64,000 nt of DNA from Candidatus Saccharimonadota bacterium (GCA_052034955.1 JBPOHZ010000003.1:659-64658), one strand, 5' to 3'; shown: positions 38,394 through 47,924, counted from the first letter of the stretch. Translations and numbers: made by a program. The notes: generated from the letters alone by a model not told the origin.

Positions 38394-39674
38394 ATGGATG
38401 ACACGCAAATTGCAGATTTAATCGCCGCCGAAGAACAACGTCAACGTGAGGGATTAGAGTTAATACCTAGCGAGAATTATGTAAGTCGTCAGATCCTGGA
38501 TGCGCTAGGCAGTGTTTATACCAATAAATACTCCGAGGGCTATCCTGGCAAGCGCTATTATGGCGGCCAGGTTAATACAGATCAGGTCGAGACACTGGCC
38601 ATCGAGAGGGCCAAGAAACTATTCGGTGCAGATCATGCCAATGTCCAGCCGCACTCTGGTGCGCCAGCCAATATCGCTGTGTATCAAGCCTGGTTAGAGC
38701 CCGGCGACACTGTTATGGCAATGCAACTGGATCATGGTGGACATCTGACCCATGGCCATCCGGTAACCAGTAGTGCCAAGCTTTATAACTTTGTCAGATA
38801 CGGCATTAAAGACCTAGAAACAGGCGAAATAGATTATGACGCTATGCGCTTGGTTGCGCTAAAAGAAAAGCCAAAGATTATCTTGGCCGGCTTTAGCGGG
38901 TATACTCGCACACTGGATTATCAGAAGTTCGCCGATATCGCCAAAGAGTCCGGTGCAATGCTTATGGCCGACATGGCTCATATCGCAGGACTGATCGCCG
39001 GTGGAGTACTAAAAAATCCACTAGACTTTGGATTCAACGTTATGACCACTACCACTCACAAGACATTACGTGGTCCAAGAGGTGGGCTAATCCTAAGTAA
39101 GGGGGTCGCTGGTAACCCGCTAAAAGCTCCAGAAAAAACCGTCGAAAATCTGCCAACATTAATAGACCGCGAAATCTTCCCAGGCTTCCAGGGCGGACCG
39201 CACATGAACACGATTGCTGCTAAGGCAATTGCATTCCGCGAAGCATCGACAGATGAGTTTAAAAAGTACGCTCAAGATATTCTAGATAATGCCCAAGCTT
39301 TAGCCGACGCCTTGCAGAGTAGGGGCTTTAAGCTGGTAACTAATGGTACCGACAACCATATGATCATGATCGATATGCCCAAGAGTATAAAGGGAGTCAA
39401 TGGCCGAGAAGCTCAAGATCTTCTGGACCAGGTTGGTTTAAACACTAATTGCAATGCTATACCAGACGATCCATTGCCTCCATTCCGACCAAGTGGGCTT
39501 AGAATCGGTACTCCAGCCATCACAACTCGTGGATTAAAAACCGAGCACATGGACAATATCGCCGAATGGATGCAGCGCTCGCTAAAAAACCGAAACAATA
39601 GCAAAAACTTAGACATGATAGCTGCCGAAATAAAAGATTTTGCTCTTCAATTCCCGCTACCAAGTGACAACTAG
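38394..39674 (+). CDS. glyA: Serine hydroxymethyltransferase
   Basis: LELIPSENY, YSEGYPGKRYYGG and the PLP-lysine motif TTTTHKTLRGPRGG. Length 426 aa. Confidence 0.97.
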   Translation: MDDTQIADLIAAEEQRQREGLELIPSENYVSRQILDALGSVYTNKYSEGYPGKRYYGGQVNTDQVETLAIERAKKLFGADHANVQPHSGAPANIAVYQAWLEPGDTVMAMQLDHGGHLTHGHPVTSSAKLYNFVRYGIKDLETGEIDYDAMRLVALKEKPKIILAGFSGYTRTLDYQKFADIAKESGAMLMADMAHIAGLIAGGVLKNPLDFGFNVMTTTTHKTLRGPRGGLILSKGVAGNPLKAPEKTVENLPTLIDREIFPGFQGGPHMNTIAAKAIAFREASTDEFKKYAQDILDNAQALADALQSRGFKLVTNGTDNHMIMIDMPKSIKGVNGREAQDLLDQVGLNTNCNAIPDDPLPPFRPSGLRIGTPAITTRGLKTEHMDNIAEWMQRSLKNRNNSKNLDMIAAEIKDFALQFPLPSDN

Positions 39675-39682
39675 GAGAACTT

Positions 39683-40183
39683 ATGCAGATTAATTTTTAT
39701 CCAGTTTATGATGACCCTAAGTACGTTGCGGCAGCAAAAGAGTACGCAGATATTTGGGAGGAATGGGGAGAACGTATAACAAAAGAAATCCAGGATCTAA
39801 CAGGATTAAAATTTGTTGAGAACGAAATCAACGCTGTGGTGTTTGATGGCAGGAGCTACTCCAACCCTTTGCAGTTAAATGCATTACGTACCAAAGAAGA
39901 TATGCCTGTGACCATCACTCACGAGCTATGTCACCGAATCAGTTTTGGAAATAAAGTTAGAAATCCGTTTAAAGACGAACCAAAAGTAATCGGAGCACAC
40001 AAGGTTATTTTCCTGATACTTTATGATGCTCTAATTAGCTTATTTGGAAAGGAACTTGCCGACGAATGTGTAAAGTTGGAGTCAGATCATGACCCAGACT
40101 ACAAGATCGCTTGGGATTGGGCGCTGGATCTATCTCCTGAAGAACGCAAAACAAAGTTCAACCAACTCAAATCTGATAACTAG
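39683..40183 (+). CDS. Hypothetical protein with an HExxH motif (putative small metallopeptidase-like)
   Basis: ITHELCHRI. SD AGGAGA upstream. It starts 8 nt after the glyA stop. Confidence 0.55.
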   Translation: MQINFYPVYDDPKYVAAAKEYADIWEEWGERITKEIQDLTGLKFVENEINAVVFDGRSYSNPLQLNALRTKEDMPVTITHELCHRISFGNKVRNPFKDEPKVIGAHKVIFLILYDALISLFGKELADECVKLESDHDPDYKIAWDWALDLSPEERKTKFNQLKSDN

Positions 40184-40720
40184 TTATTTCTGTCGGACCC
40201 AAATATTCGAGATGTCACCATCTTCATCTGTTCGTTGACCACTGTTAGTGTAGCCAAGTTTTTCTGCAACTCTATTGCTTCCGCCATTTTTAGGATCGGC
40301 TCTAATAATTACTTTATCTAAGTTAAGTGGTCCAAATGCTAGATCTGTTAAGGCACCGGCAACTTTGGTAGTAAGACCTCTTCCCGAGACTGATTCTGCT
40401 ATCCAGTAACCTATTTCCGGTTCTTCAGTATCCATATACATCAAGCTGGTGTGGCCCACAAGCTTTCCATTAAGGAACATTCCATAGCCAAATGAAGAGC
40501 CTTTTTGTCGTGATCGTAGGACATCTTCAATAAATGACTGACTATCAGATACTTTTTTTGTTTTATCCACCCACGGCAGCCACTTAGCTAAGTAATCACG
40601 ATTTTCATCAGATACGGTAAAAAGTTCGGCGGCATCCTCAACCTGAAGTTGTCGTAGTATAAGGTGCTCATCGATTTGGATCTCGGAGTATGGTGGCTGG
40701 GATGGCAGTTGTTCAGACAT
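40184..40720 (-). CDS. GNAT family N-acetyltransferase (RimJ/RimL-like)
   Basis: IGYWIAESVSGRGLTTKVAGALTDLAF (acetyl-CoA-binding motif A region). The 178-aa length is typical. Confidence 0.8.
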   Translation of the reverse strand: MSEQLPSQPPYSEIQIDEHLILRQLQVEDAAELFTVSDENRDYLAKWLPWVDKTKKVSDSQSFIEDVLRSRQKGSSFGYGMFLNGKLVGHTSLMYMDTEEPEIGYWIAESVSGRGLTTKVAGALTDLAFGPLNLDKVIIRADPKNGGSNRVAEKLGYTNSGQRTDEDGDISNIWVRQK

Positions 40721-40747
40721 ATACTAATTTTATCATTAATGATGTGC

Positions 40748-41338
40748 TCAATTTTTACGACTAAGTTTTACTCCTGCCCAAACAGCAAATGTCATTTTTG
40801 TTACATCCAACATGGCGCTACCTACCTTTGGCGCGACTTTAGCAACTTTACCTCTAGGAGATTCTTTTATTGCTTTAGAAAACTTACTGAAATCTTCATT
40901 AAATCCAATCTCAAAGAATTTTTTAGCTTTTGCACCATTAAGAGATTCGTCATCATCATCAGGTGCAAAAAGTACAGTATATGCCTCTACTGGCACATCA
41001 TCATTCTCAAACCCAGCATCGGGGAAAAGACTAGATAAAAACGTTACTCTTTTGGAATCTTCATGTTTAAATATTCGGGCAACAATTTCCGGGGCATTTT
41101 CATTACCAGTACTGTTTAGGTGATCGATGCATTCGCCAATTTGCTTTAACCATTCTTCTCCGCTAACGACTACATATTTGGCATATTTACCGAATGGACG
41201 ATCTTTGTAAACTGCGGCACTTTCTGCTAAAAGCCCTCGGGCTGCATCTATCTGGTCATAATGTAATAAGAGTTCTAGTTCCTCGGAAGGTAGATATACT
41301 TCAGGATTCGGTGCATCTTCCGGAGAATTGACTGACAT
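40748..41338 (-). CDS. Hypothetical protein
   Basis: The ORF track extends to 41422, which would overlap the murB 3' end. The ATG at 41338 (MSVNSPED..) avoids that overlap. No motif recognised. Confidence 0.5.
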   Translation of the reverse strand: MSVNSPEDAPNPEVYLPSEELELLLHYDQIDAARGLLAESAAVYKDRPFGKYAKYVVVSGEEWLKQIGECIDHLNSTGNENAPEIVARIFKHEDSKRVTFLSSLFPDAGFENDDVPVEAYTVLFAPDDDDESLNGAKAKKFFEIGFNEDFSKFSKAIKESPRGKVAKVAPKVGSAMLDVTKMTFAVWAGVKLSRKN

Positions 41339-41381
41339 AATTAATTTTATGTCCTTGCACTCGAACCTGTCAATTAAATGA

Positions 41382-42407
41382 TCATGGCAGCATCTCTGGT
41401 TCTTGCTCCAGCTTGATTCCATATTTTATTTGAATTTCATTTTTTATACGGTCACGAAAGATGATTAAGTCGTTGGTAGATTCGGCTTTCTCGTTAACCA
41501 ATACAAGGGCTTGGGCATGCCAGGTAGCCATGCCAGTTTTACGATCATGGAAGCCTTTAAAACCGGCATTCTCAATTAGCCAACCGGCTGGAATTTTAAC
41601 GCCTTTGTCGCCGGGCCATCCGGGCATTGTGGGAAACTTCTTCTTGAGGGTAGTATATTTGTTATTAGAGATAACCGGGTTGGCAAAGAACGATCCGTTA
41701 TTGGCAACTTTTGCCGGGTCCGGTAACTTACTGCTACGGATAGCAATGACAACTTCTCGGATAACTTTTGGGGTAAATTCCGTGATGTTGAGATGATCAA
41801 TGTATTTTTGTAGTGATTCGTAAAACGGTGGCTCGGGATTCTGTTTGGTTAGGCAGAATGTCAGGGAATGTATAAAGAATCTTCCTTTATCAGTGGTTTT
41901 AAAGCGGCTTGTCCGGTATCCAAAGCCACATGATTCTGCCGGTATGGTGATAAATTCTTTGGTTTTAGAATCGTAGGCTTCAACGCTGACCAGTGTTTGG
42001 GCTACGTCCTGTCCATAGGCACCAACATTTTGGATGGGAGTTGCTCCGGTAGTGCCGGGGATAAGTGACAGTCCTTCTATGCCATGAAGACCCTCTTGGA
42101 CTGTACGGGCAACCGTTTTATCCCAGTTTTCTCCAGAACCAACTGTTACATAGAATGTTTCTGGATCAGCTTTTTTAATCTCGAAGCCCGGTATTTTGTT
42201 GACCATAACAAGGCCCTTAAAACCTTTGTCGCTCCATATAATATTACTCCCACCGCCGATCATAATGACAGGAAGCTTGTTATCGGCGGCCCAATCCAGT
42301 GCGTTGGGAATATCCGATTTTTGGTTGATGTTAACCAAGAACTTAGCCTCGCCGCCCAGGCGCATAGTAGAGTGTTTGGCCAGCGAGACATTCTTTCTTA
42401 TTTGCAT
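41382..42407 (-). CDS. murB: UDP-N-acetylenolpyruvoylglucosamine reductase
   Basis: The FAD-binding PCMH region (MRLGGEAKF...IGGGSNI) and the MurB C-terminal region (GSFFANP...AGWLIE..GFKG) have a typical layout. Length 341 aa. Confidence 0.93.
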   Translation of the reverse strand: MQIRKNVSLAKHSTMRLGGEAKFLVNINQKSDIPNALDWAADNKLPVIMIGGGSNIIWSDKGFKGLVMVNKIPGFEIKKADPETFYVTVGSGENWDKTVARTVQEGLHGIEGLSLIPGTTGATPIQNVGAYGQDVAQTLVSVEAYDSKTKEFITIPAESCGFGYRTSRFKTTDKGRFFIHSLTFCLTKQNPEPPFYESLQKYIDHLNITEFTPKVIREVVIAIRSSKLPDPAKVANNGSFFANPVISNNKYTTLKKKFPTMPGWPGDKGVKIPAGWLIENAGFKGFHDRKTGMATWHAQALVLVNEKAESTNDLIIFRDRIKNEIQIKYGIKLEQEPEMLP

Positions 42408-42490
42408 AACCTTTATTGTATCGTACTTGGCACACTTAATGTTTTATGTTCCAGGTTGCTGGCATTGGCTTGAAAGAGTAAAATAAAGGA

Positions 42491-43033
42491 ATGACAAGAC
42501 CCACGGAGTATCCTTATCAAGCACTTGGCCGCAAGCTAAAAGCAGCTCGCGTACGCAAGCAATTCAGTATTGCCGAGGCATCTGGAGCTATTGAAGTTAA
42601 CGAAGATTTGCTGCAAAGCATAGAGCAGGGCAAAAACCGCCCAGCAGAAGACACCCTAGCAGTGCTACTCAGCTACCTAGACATCAACGACGAAGAAGCT
42701 TCACAGCTTTGGGATTTGGCCGGCTACCGCGACACCGACGAAATTGTCGACCTTGGCCAACAGGTCTCAATGGTGCTCCCAGGCGACCTTCGGGTTGTCT
42801 ATACCGATATGGTTCATGTAATGGTTAACGACTTCGGTGTGGTTATGAACTTTATGCAAGGCTTCGGCCCTAACAATCAGCCTCTAGCCATTGCCAGGAT
42901 TGGAATGAGCAAAGAACATGCTCGTTCGGTGCTAAAAGTCCTTGATAAATCTCTGAAGCAGTCCGAAGACAGCAAAAAGCCCAAGATGTTAAAGCCGGCT
43001 GATAAGCCACAAGATAAATCCGATAAAAAATAG
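42491..43033 (+). CDS. XRE-family HTH protein with a DUF3467-like C-terminal domain
   Basis: HTH LKAARVRKQFSIAEASGAIEVNEDLLQSIEQGKNRP. C-terminal VVYTDMVHVMVNDFGVVMNF...IARIGMSKEHARSVLKVL. Confidence 0.7.
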   Translation: MTRPTEYPYQALGRKLKAARVRKQFSIAEASGAIEVNEDLLQSIEQGKNRPAEDTLAVLLSYLDINDEEASQLWDLAGYRDTDEIVDLGQQVSMVLPGDLRVVYTDMVHVMVNDFGVVMNFMQGFGPNNQPLAIARIGMSKEHARSVLKVLDKSLKQSEDSKKPKMLKPADKPQDKSDKK

Positions 43034-43040
43034 GAGTAAT

Positions 43041-43217
43041 ATGAACACACTAAAAATAATCGGCATTTTAATTGTCCTGGTAGTCGCCCTCATCGCCATG
43101 GCGATGGTTCTTGGCGTCATCGAAAGTACCGAAGCCAAAGATACCGGCATAAAAGTCATCGCCTGTTTAGCAATTCTGGGACTAGCTACAGAGCTAGTTG
43201 TCCAGCTCCGCAAATAA
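43041..43217 (+). CDS. Small two-TM membrane protein (58 aa, below the ORF-track cutoff)
   Basis: ATG at 43041 preceded by AGGAG (43032-43036). Translation is MNTLKIIGILIVLVVALIAMAMVLGVIESTEAKDTGIKVIACLAILGLATELVVQLRK. It replaces the implausible antisense ORF 42989-43315. Confidence 0.5.
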   Translation: MNTLKIIGILIVLVVALIAMAMVLGVIESTEAKDTGIKVIACLAILGLATELVVQLRK

Positions 43218-43278
43218 CCAAACCTTAAATTATTCTTAATCTTTTTACTGGAATGTTCCAGTCTGTTAAATTCGAAGC

Positions 43279-43632
43279 ATGGCATACAAAAATAAGGCTG
43301 ATCAGATAGCGTCAAGCCATCGTCATTATGTTGCGAATAAGCAATACTACCTTGAACGAAATCGTCGGTACCGTAAAGAACTAAGCGATTTTATAAATAA
43401 CATAAAAGAGGCTACCCCCTGCTCGGATTGTAAAAAAACATATCCATACTATGTAATGGACTTTGATCATCTTGATGCTTCGAAGAAGACTGGACTAGTT
43501 AGTTACTTTGCAAAAACCAGAAGAAAGTGTGCCATGGAGCGTGAGATACCCAAGTGTGAAGTCGTGTGCTCTAATTGCCACAGGATACGAACCCATATAA
43601 GGAGGTTACAAAATAGCAAAAAAGAGGTATAA
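43279..43632 (+). CDS. HNH endonuclease (small stand-alone)
   Basis: CSDCKK...YVMDFDHLD....KCEVVCSNCHRIRTH is a CxxC...DH...N...CxxCH HNH/zinc-finger signature. Length 117 aa. Confidence 0.8.
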   Translation: MAYKNKADQIASSHRHYVANKQYYLERNRRYRKELSDFINNIKEATPCSDCKKTYPYYVMDFDHLDASKKTGLVSYFAKTRRKCAMEREIPKCEVVCSNCHRIRTHIRRLQNSKKEV

Positions 43633-43646
43633 TTCGTATCTGTTGT

Positions 43647-43723
43647 GCACCCGTAGCTCAATTGGATAGAGCGTTGCGCTTCGGACGCAAAGGTTGGGGG
43701 TTCGAGTCCCTCCGGGTGTACCA
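43647..43723 (+). tRNA. tRNA-Arg (anticodon TCG), CCA encoded
   Basis: Hand-folded cloverleaf: acceptor GCACCCG/CGGGTGT (G1-U72 wobble), D arm GCTC..GAGC, anticodon stem TTGCG/CGCAA with loop CT-TCG-GA, T arm GGGGG-TTCGAGT-CCCTC, then A-CCA. Confidence 0.93.
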
Positions 43724-43735
43724 ATAGTTAATTAA

Positions 43736-43757
43736 ATACCCCGAAAGGGGTATTTTT
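43736..43757 (+). terminator. Rho-independent terminator after tRNA-Arg
   Basis: ATACCCC-GAAA-GGGGTAT is followed by TTTT. Confidence 0.8.
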
Positions 43758-43773
43758 GTTATATTGATGCCAT

Positions 43774-44337
43774 ATGAACAAGCTTACAAGTGATCAAGAT
43801 GTTTCAAACATGATTAAATCCGATAAGTGGATGATGGATGTCTTACAGGCGGCCGAAAAACTTGATCTCCCGGATTGGTGGATTGGAGCCGGGTTCCTAA
43901 GGAACAAAATATGGGATTACCTAGAGGGGAAAGATCATGGTCCTACGATGGATGTTGATCTAGTGTACTTTGACTCAAGCAACATTGAGCCCGAGACCGA
44001 CTGGGACTATGACCAAAAAATGAATCAGCAGTATGGCTTTGCAAAATGGGAGGTACGTAATCAGGCAAGGATGCACTACGTAAATGATCTTGAACCATTT
44101 ACTTCAACTGCAGATGGAATCTCGCACTGGGTAGAGACCGCTACTTGTATTGCGGTAAGATTAAAGAACGGTAAGTTAGAGTACTTATATTGTTACGGGA
44201 AAGATGATTTATTGGGCCTTATAGCCCGCCCTACTCCATATTTCTTAGAGCAGCCAATGCTGTCTAGGTTTTATGAACGGATAAACGAAAAACAATGGCT
44301 AAAGAAATGGCCAAATCTAAAGGTAGTTGAAAAATAG
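43774..44337 (+). CDS. Nucleotidyltransferase family protein (NTP_transf_6/DUF925-like)
   Basis: PDWWIGAGFLRNKIWDYL and MDVDLVYFD are typical of this family. An extended -10 TGTTATATT ends 8 nt upstream of the ATG. Confidence 0.7.
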   Translation: MNKLTSDQDVSNMIKSDKWMMDVLQAAEKLDLPDWWIGAGFLRNKIWDYLEGKDHGPTMDVDLVYFDSSNIEPETDWDYDQKMNQQYGFAKWEVRNQARMHYVNDLEPFTSTADGISHWVETATCIAVRLKNGKLEYLYCYGKDDLLGLIARPTPYFLEQPMLSRFYERINEKQWLKKWPNLKVVEK

Positions 44338-44394
44338 ATACCAAAGAGTGCACAAACTACAAAGCTAACTTCTTAAGGTGCTATAATTGCGCTT

Positions 44395-44808
44395 ATGACT
44401 ATACCTCTAACAACTCCTGCACTATTATTCCCAGCTATCGCCATTTTGATGCTGGGTTACGTTAACCGCTATGTTAGTGTGGCGGGCGTTATCCGGGGTT
44501 TCAAAAAAGACTACGACACTGGATATAAGCACGCCAGGATACTGGATCAAATAAGTGTCCTGCACCAAAGAATCGAATTAATACGCTACATGCTAAGTAT
44601 TGGTGCAATGGCGCTATTGTTAGCTTGTTTGTCGATGTTCTTGATCTTCGAAGGTTACGAAGATGCCGGAGGAGTAGCTTTTGGAGCTTCTTTGGTGGCC
44701 ATGATCTTAACAACCGTTCTTTCGGTGTACGAGACCTCACTGTCTAACCGATCGTTAATCATCGAGATAGAAGACATTCGAAAAAAAGAAGCCAGCAAGA
44801 AATCCTAA
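44395..44808 (+). CDS. DUF2721-like membrane protein
   Basis: A 137-aa protein with 3 TM helices. The N-terminal LLFPAIAILMLGYVNRY pattern is present. An extended -10 TGCTATAAT ends 7 nt upstream of the ATG. Confidence 0.6.
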   Translation: MTIPLTTPALLFPAIAILMLGYVNRYVSVAGVIRGFKKDYDTGYKHARILDQISVLHQRIELIRYMLSIGAMALLLACLSMFLIFEGYEDAGGVAFGASLVAMILTTVLSVYETSLSNRSLIIEIEDIRKKEASKKS

Positions 44809-44870
44809 GGCATTAGTTAATCGGTCAACTCTTTGTAGTTGCTAAGCTTAACCGTTATAATAAACAGATT

Positions 44871-46547
44871 ATGGCAGTTAGCCAAATCGCGCCCGAAAAA
44901 GATGAAGAGGCAGTATCGCCAAAGCTCATCAGTCCGGCCGCTCTAGGGGTGGTTGTTTTGCTGTTGTTTGATTTTTATTATCATCAGACCTTTAGCCAGA
45001 ACCCAGTTTTGGTTCTTGGGTTAGCCGGTTTTTTAGCAGTTTTTGCGCTTAGCCACTTCATTCCTTTTCTAAAGTTTGGAAAGGCCCATTCATTCTACCT
45101 TTACGCTTACCACTGGCTATTGGCCTTTACCTTAATGTTTATTGTGCCAACCCTATCGCACTATCTGTACTTGTGGGTAATGCTGATGTATCTGGCCGAG
45201 TTCTTCTATCAAGCCAAAGGTATGATAATCAGTACGACCGCCCTATTGGTGACCATGATAATGGGGACTTTGTATCAGTACAATGGTATCAACCGTGAGC
45301 TGATGGTCAGATTAATCGGAGAGTTCTGTATTATTGTCGCCGTAAACTTGGTTATGACCAGGCTGGCATTCGGCAATCGTAAAAGACGAGCCGAGATGCA
45401 TCAAAAAGTTTTGCATGCCGAGCTTGAGCACGGACGACTCGTGGCTCTTATTAACTCCATGAGCGATGGGGTTATAGCTACTGACGAACACGGCAAAATA
45501 CTTAGCTATAACGCTGCGGCGCTGGATCTTCTAGACACCAACGTGACGCTCACCGGCCAGTTTATAAGTGACTACCTGATGGTTAGTAACTCTAAAGATG
45601 AGCCGGTAGATATTATGGATGTAGCCAACAAGACGAATTTCTTACAGCGCCTTAGTGACCTAAGCGTTAACTATGGTGACCATGACAAGGTGGCACTCGA
45701 CATAAATATTAGTCGAATATCTAAGTCAAATGTTTTAGCAAAGCAGCAAGGTTTTACATTCTTACTCCGCGATATTACCATGCAGAAATCATTAGACGAA
45801 GAGCGTGATTTATTTATTTCAGAAGTGAGTCACGAACTCCGCACGCCGTTAACTATTGCTGAAGGCGAGATGTCGATGGCAGTAATGTTGGCCGAGAAGC
45901 CCGAAGTAAAAATTGCCGACATCAAGAGCTCCGTCGAGAAAGCGCACGACCAGGTAGTATTCTTGGAAGATATGGTAAACGACCTCTCAGCCTTATCTCG
46001 TGCTCAGCGTGATGATAAAGGCATGGATATTGAAACCTTCGAGATAAATGACGTGCTCAAAGAACTAGAAGAGACTTACCAGCCCCAGGCATCTAAGAAG
46101 GGACTGTATCTTAAGGTGGACATAGCTCCGTCGCTGCCCAAACTCACAACTTGCCGGCTCTACTTCAGAGAGATCATGCAGAACTTTATTACTAATGCCA
46201 TAAAATATACCGATCAAGGTGGGATTACTGTAAAGGGCCAGGCTATCGATAGGGATAACGTTATTTTTAGCGTGGCCGATACCGGTGCTGGAATCTCGAA
46301 GAGTGAACAAGCCAAGGTCTATCAAAAGTTCTGGCGTTCAGAGGATCCGCTTACTCGCACAACTGGCGGCACGGGACTAGGCTTGTTTATTACGGCCAAA
46401 CTTGCTCAGCGTATTGGCGCCGAGCTTAAGCTCGAATCAAAGCTAAAAGAGGGTTCAACATTCTCTATAATCATGCCCGTCCAAGCTGTTAAGGATGTCG
46501 ATCAGAAGAACTTAGTTAATAACGAGGTTGCACATATCTTTGAGTAA
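44871..46547 (+). CDS. Canonical membrane sensor histidine kinase (multi-TM, PAS-like, HisKA, HATPase_c)
   Basis: About 5 N-terminal TM helices. PAS-like LINSMSDGVIATDEHGKILSYN. H-box FISEVSHELRTPL. N-box NAIKYTDQGG. G1 DTGAGI. G2 GGTGLGL. Confidence 0.9.
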   Translation: MAVSQIAPEKDEEAVSPKLISPAALGVVVLLLFDFYYHQTFSQNPVLVLGLAGFLAVFALSHFIPFLKFGKAHSFYLYAYHWLLAFTLMFIVPTLSHYLYLWVMLMYLAEFFYQAKGMIISTTALLVTMIMGTLYQYNGINRELMVRLIGEFCIIVAVNLVMTRLAFGNRKRRAEMHQKVLHAELEHGRLVALINSMSDGVIATDEHGKILSYNAAALDLLDTNVTLTGQFISDYLMVSNSKDEPVDIMDVANKTNFLQRLSDLSVNYGDHDKVALDINISRISKSNVLAKQQGFTFLLRDITMQKSLDEERDLFISEVSHELRTPLTIAEGEMSMAVMLAEKPEVKIADIKSSVEKAHDQVVFLEDMVNDLSALSRAQRDDKGMDIETFEINDVLKELEETYQPQASKKGLYLKVDIAPSLPKLTTCRLYFREIMQNFITNAIKYTDQGGITVKGQAIDRDNVIFSVADTGAGISKSEQAKVYQKFWRSEDPLTRTTGGTGLGLFITAKLAQRIGAELKLESKLKEGSTFSIIMPVQAVKDVDQKNLVNNEVAHIFE

Positions 46548-47351
46548 TTAGTGACGAATGAGTTTACTAATAGAATAACCGAGTCCAATTATTCCAAAGC
46601 CGATACCTAAGAACACTCCTATGGCTGTGGCTTGACTATCAACAGGGAAGGTTGGCACCAATATATACCCCAGTGAACTAACTATAAAGCCAAGGGCTAC
46701 GCTGCGTATTTTTACCTTTTGCTTTAACTCTGCAGCGCTATCGGCTCGACTCCAGAAATAAATGCCGATGCATACCAAAGATAGTCCGCCTAGCGCGCTA
46801 CATATTTGATAAATAACTGATTGTGTATAGAACATGGTTAACCTGCCGGATTCACTTAGGCCTACGCGCACGGCGTAAGGCGGGCTGAGACTTCTAAAGA
46901 AAGCTTCTATGGTTCCGACGGCAAAGGTAGCTACGGCGGCAAACTTGGCAATATTAGAGGCAAGTGGGCGGTTAGGCAGGAAGGCACGAATACAGATTTG
47001 GGCAAGCAATAAGAATAAACTATATGCACAGATATCAGACAGCAAGGTAGAAACGCTCAGCAATTGCTGATCTTGGGTAAATACTACCGGGATCCATAAG
47101 AAAGCTGTTGCTAAAGACCCCAACAGGGCGGCCCAGCCCAACATCTTGCCTGTAATATTATTATTGTAACGATTACGCATTAAAGTATCGTAAGCAAAAG
47201 CAGCCATAATCGGTGTGCCAATTAAGTTATGAATGGTATTAATAGGTATTTCCATAAGGATTTTCATACCATTATACCTTAATGTGGAGTAATCTATGTT
47301 TCGCGGTTGTAACGGGATACCGTAGGCATGCATAGTGGACATTGTTATCAA
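46548..47351 (-). CDS. Polytopic membrane protein of unknown function (about 7 TM)
   Basis: A 267-aa hydrophobic ORF. No rhodopsin-type RYxDW or DxxxK motifs were found. Confidence 0.6.
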   Translation of the reverse strand: MITMSTMHAYGIPLQPRNIDYSTLRYNGMKILMEIPINTIHNLIGTPIMAAFAYDTLMRNRYNNNITGKMLGWAALLGSLATAFLWIPVVFTQDQQLLSVSTLLSDICAYSLFLLLAQICIRAFLPNRPLASNIAKFAAVATFAVGTIEAFFRSLSPPYAVRVGLSESGRLTMFYTQSVIYQICSALGGLSLVCIGIYFWSRADSAAELKQKVKIRSVALGFIVSSLGYILVPTFPVDSQATAIGVFLGIGFGIIGLGYSISKLIRH

Positions 47352-47382
47352 CTACAACTTTTAGCTATGTTATGCTTATTTT

Positions 47383-47775
47383 ATGAATGAAATATTTAGA
47401 AAATTCTCGGCTCGTGTCTCTCAAGTAGTGGGTTCGGCTCGCTCCTTTTTTGTAGCCATTAGTATTATTGTTATTTGGGCTACCACCGGCCCGATCTTTG
47501 GCTTCTCGGATACCTGGCAGTTAATAATTAACACCGGAACGACCATAGTTACTTTTCTTATGGTTTTTGTAATTCAGAACACTCAGAACAGGGATGCCAA
47601 GAGCATGCGCCTACAGCTAGACGAGATTATTCAGAGCATGAAGAGTGCAAACAACAAATATTTAGATCTAGACGATGTTAGTGACGAAGAACTAAATCAC
47701 CTCGAAGAGCACTTTCGTCAGCTGCACAAGAAGATCGAGATCCATCACATGCGGCGCAAGGCTGCCAAAAAATAG
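47383..47775 (+). CDS. Low-affinity iron permease family protein (PF04120-like)
   Basis: F..S..VS...GS...F..A..II..W...GP.FGFSDTWQL.INT.TTI.TFLMVF.IQNTQNRD is the characteristic family pattern. Confidence 0.75.
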   Translation: MNEIFRKFSARVSQVVGSARSFFVAISIIVIWATTGPIFGFSDTWQLIINTGTTIVTFLMVFVIQNTQNRDAKSMRLQLDEIIQSMKSANNKYLDLDDVSDEELNHLEEHFRQLHKKIEIHHMRRKAAKK

Positions 47776-47847
47776 TGTAGCTTTGTCATTGCCAGAACAG
47801 GGGTAATATGTTACCATTTCCAAGTTACTTTTCTTAAAGTCTAACGT

Positions 47848-47924
47848 GGGCCAGTAGCTCAGCTGGTTAGAGCACCTGCCTCTTAAGCAGGGTGTCGAGG
47901 GTTCGAGTCCCTCCTGGCCCTCCA
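47848..47924 (+). tRNA. tRNA-Lys (anticodon CTT), CCA encoded
   Basis: Hand-folded cloverleaf: acceptor GGGCCAG/CTGGCCC, D arm GCTC-AGCTGGTTA-GAGC, anticodon stem CCTGC/GCAGG with loop CT-CTT-AA, variable region GTGTC, T arm GAGGG-TTCGAGT-CCCTC, then T-CCA. Confidence 0.95.

Noticed and set aside
40664-41123. Plus-strand ORFs 40664-41038 and 40812-41123, opposite 40748-41338.
   Set aside because: Their Cys/Phe/Ile-rich sequences look like junk, and 40664-41038 overlaps the 5' end of the convergent GNAT gene. The minus-strand ORF has a more protein-like composition, although it is itself only a moderate-confidence call.
42989-43315. 108-aa minus-strand ORF spanning the 43034-43278 gap.
   Set aside because: It overlaps the 3' end of 42491-43033 and the 5' end of the HNH gene, and it has no start signals. 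The + strand 58-aa two-TM ORF with an AGGAG SD explains the gap better.
46548-47351. The 7-TM protein as a microbial rhodopsin.
   Set aside because: There is no RYxDW-type helix-3 motif and no DxxxK retinal-lysine context in the last helix. It is left as an unknown membrane protein.
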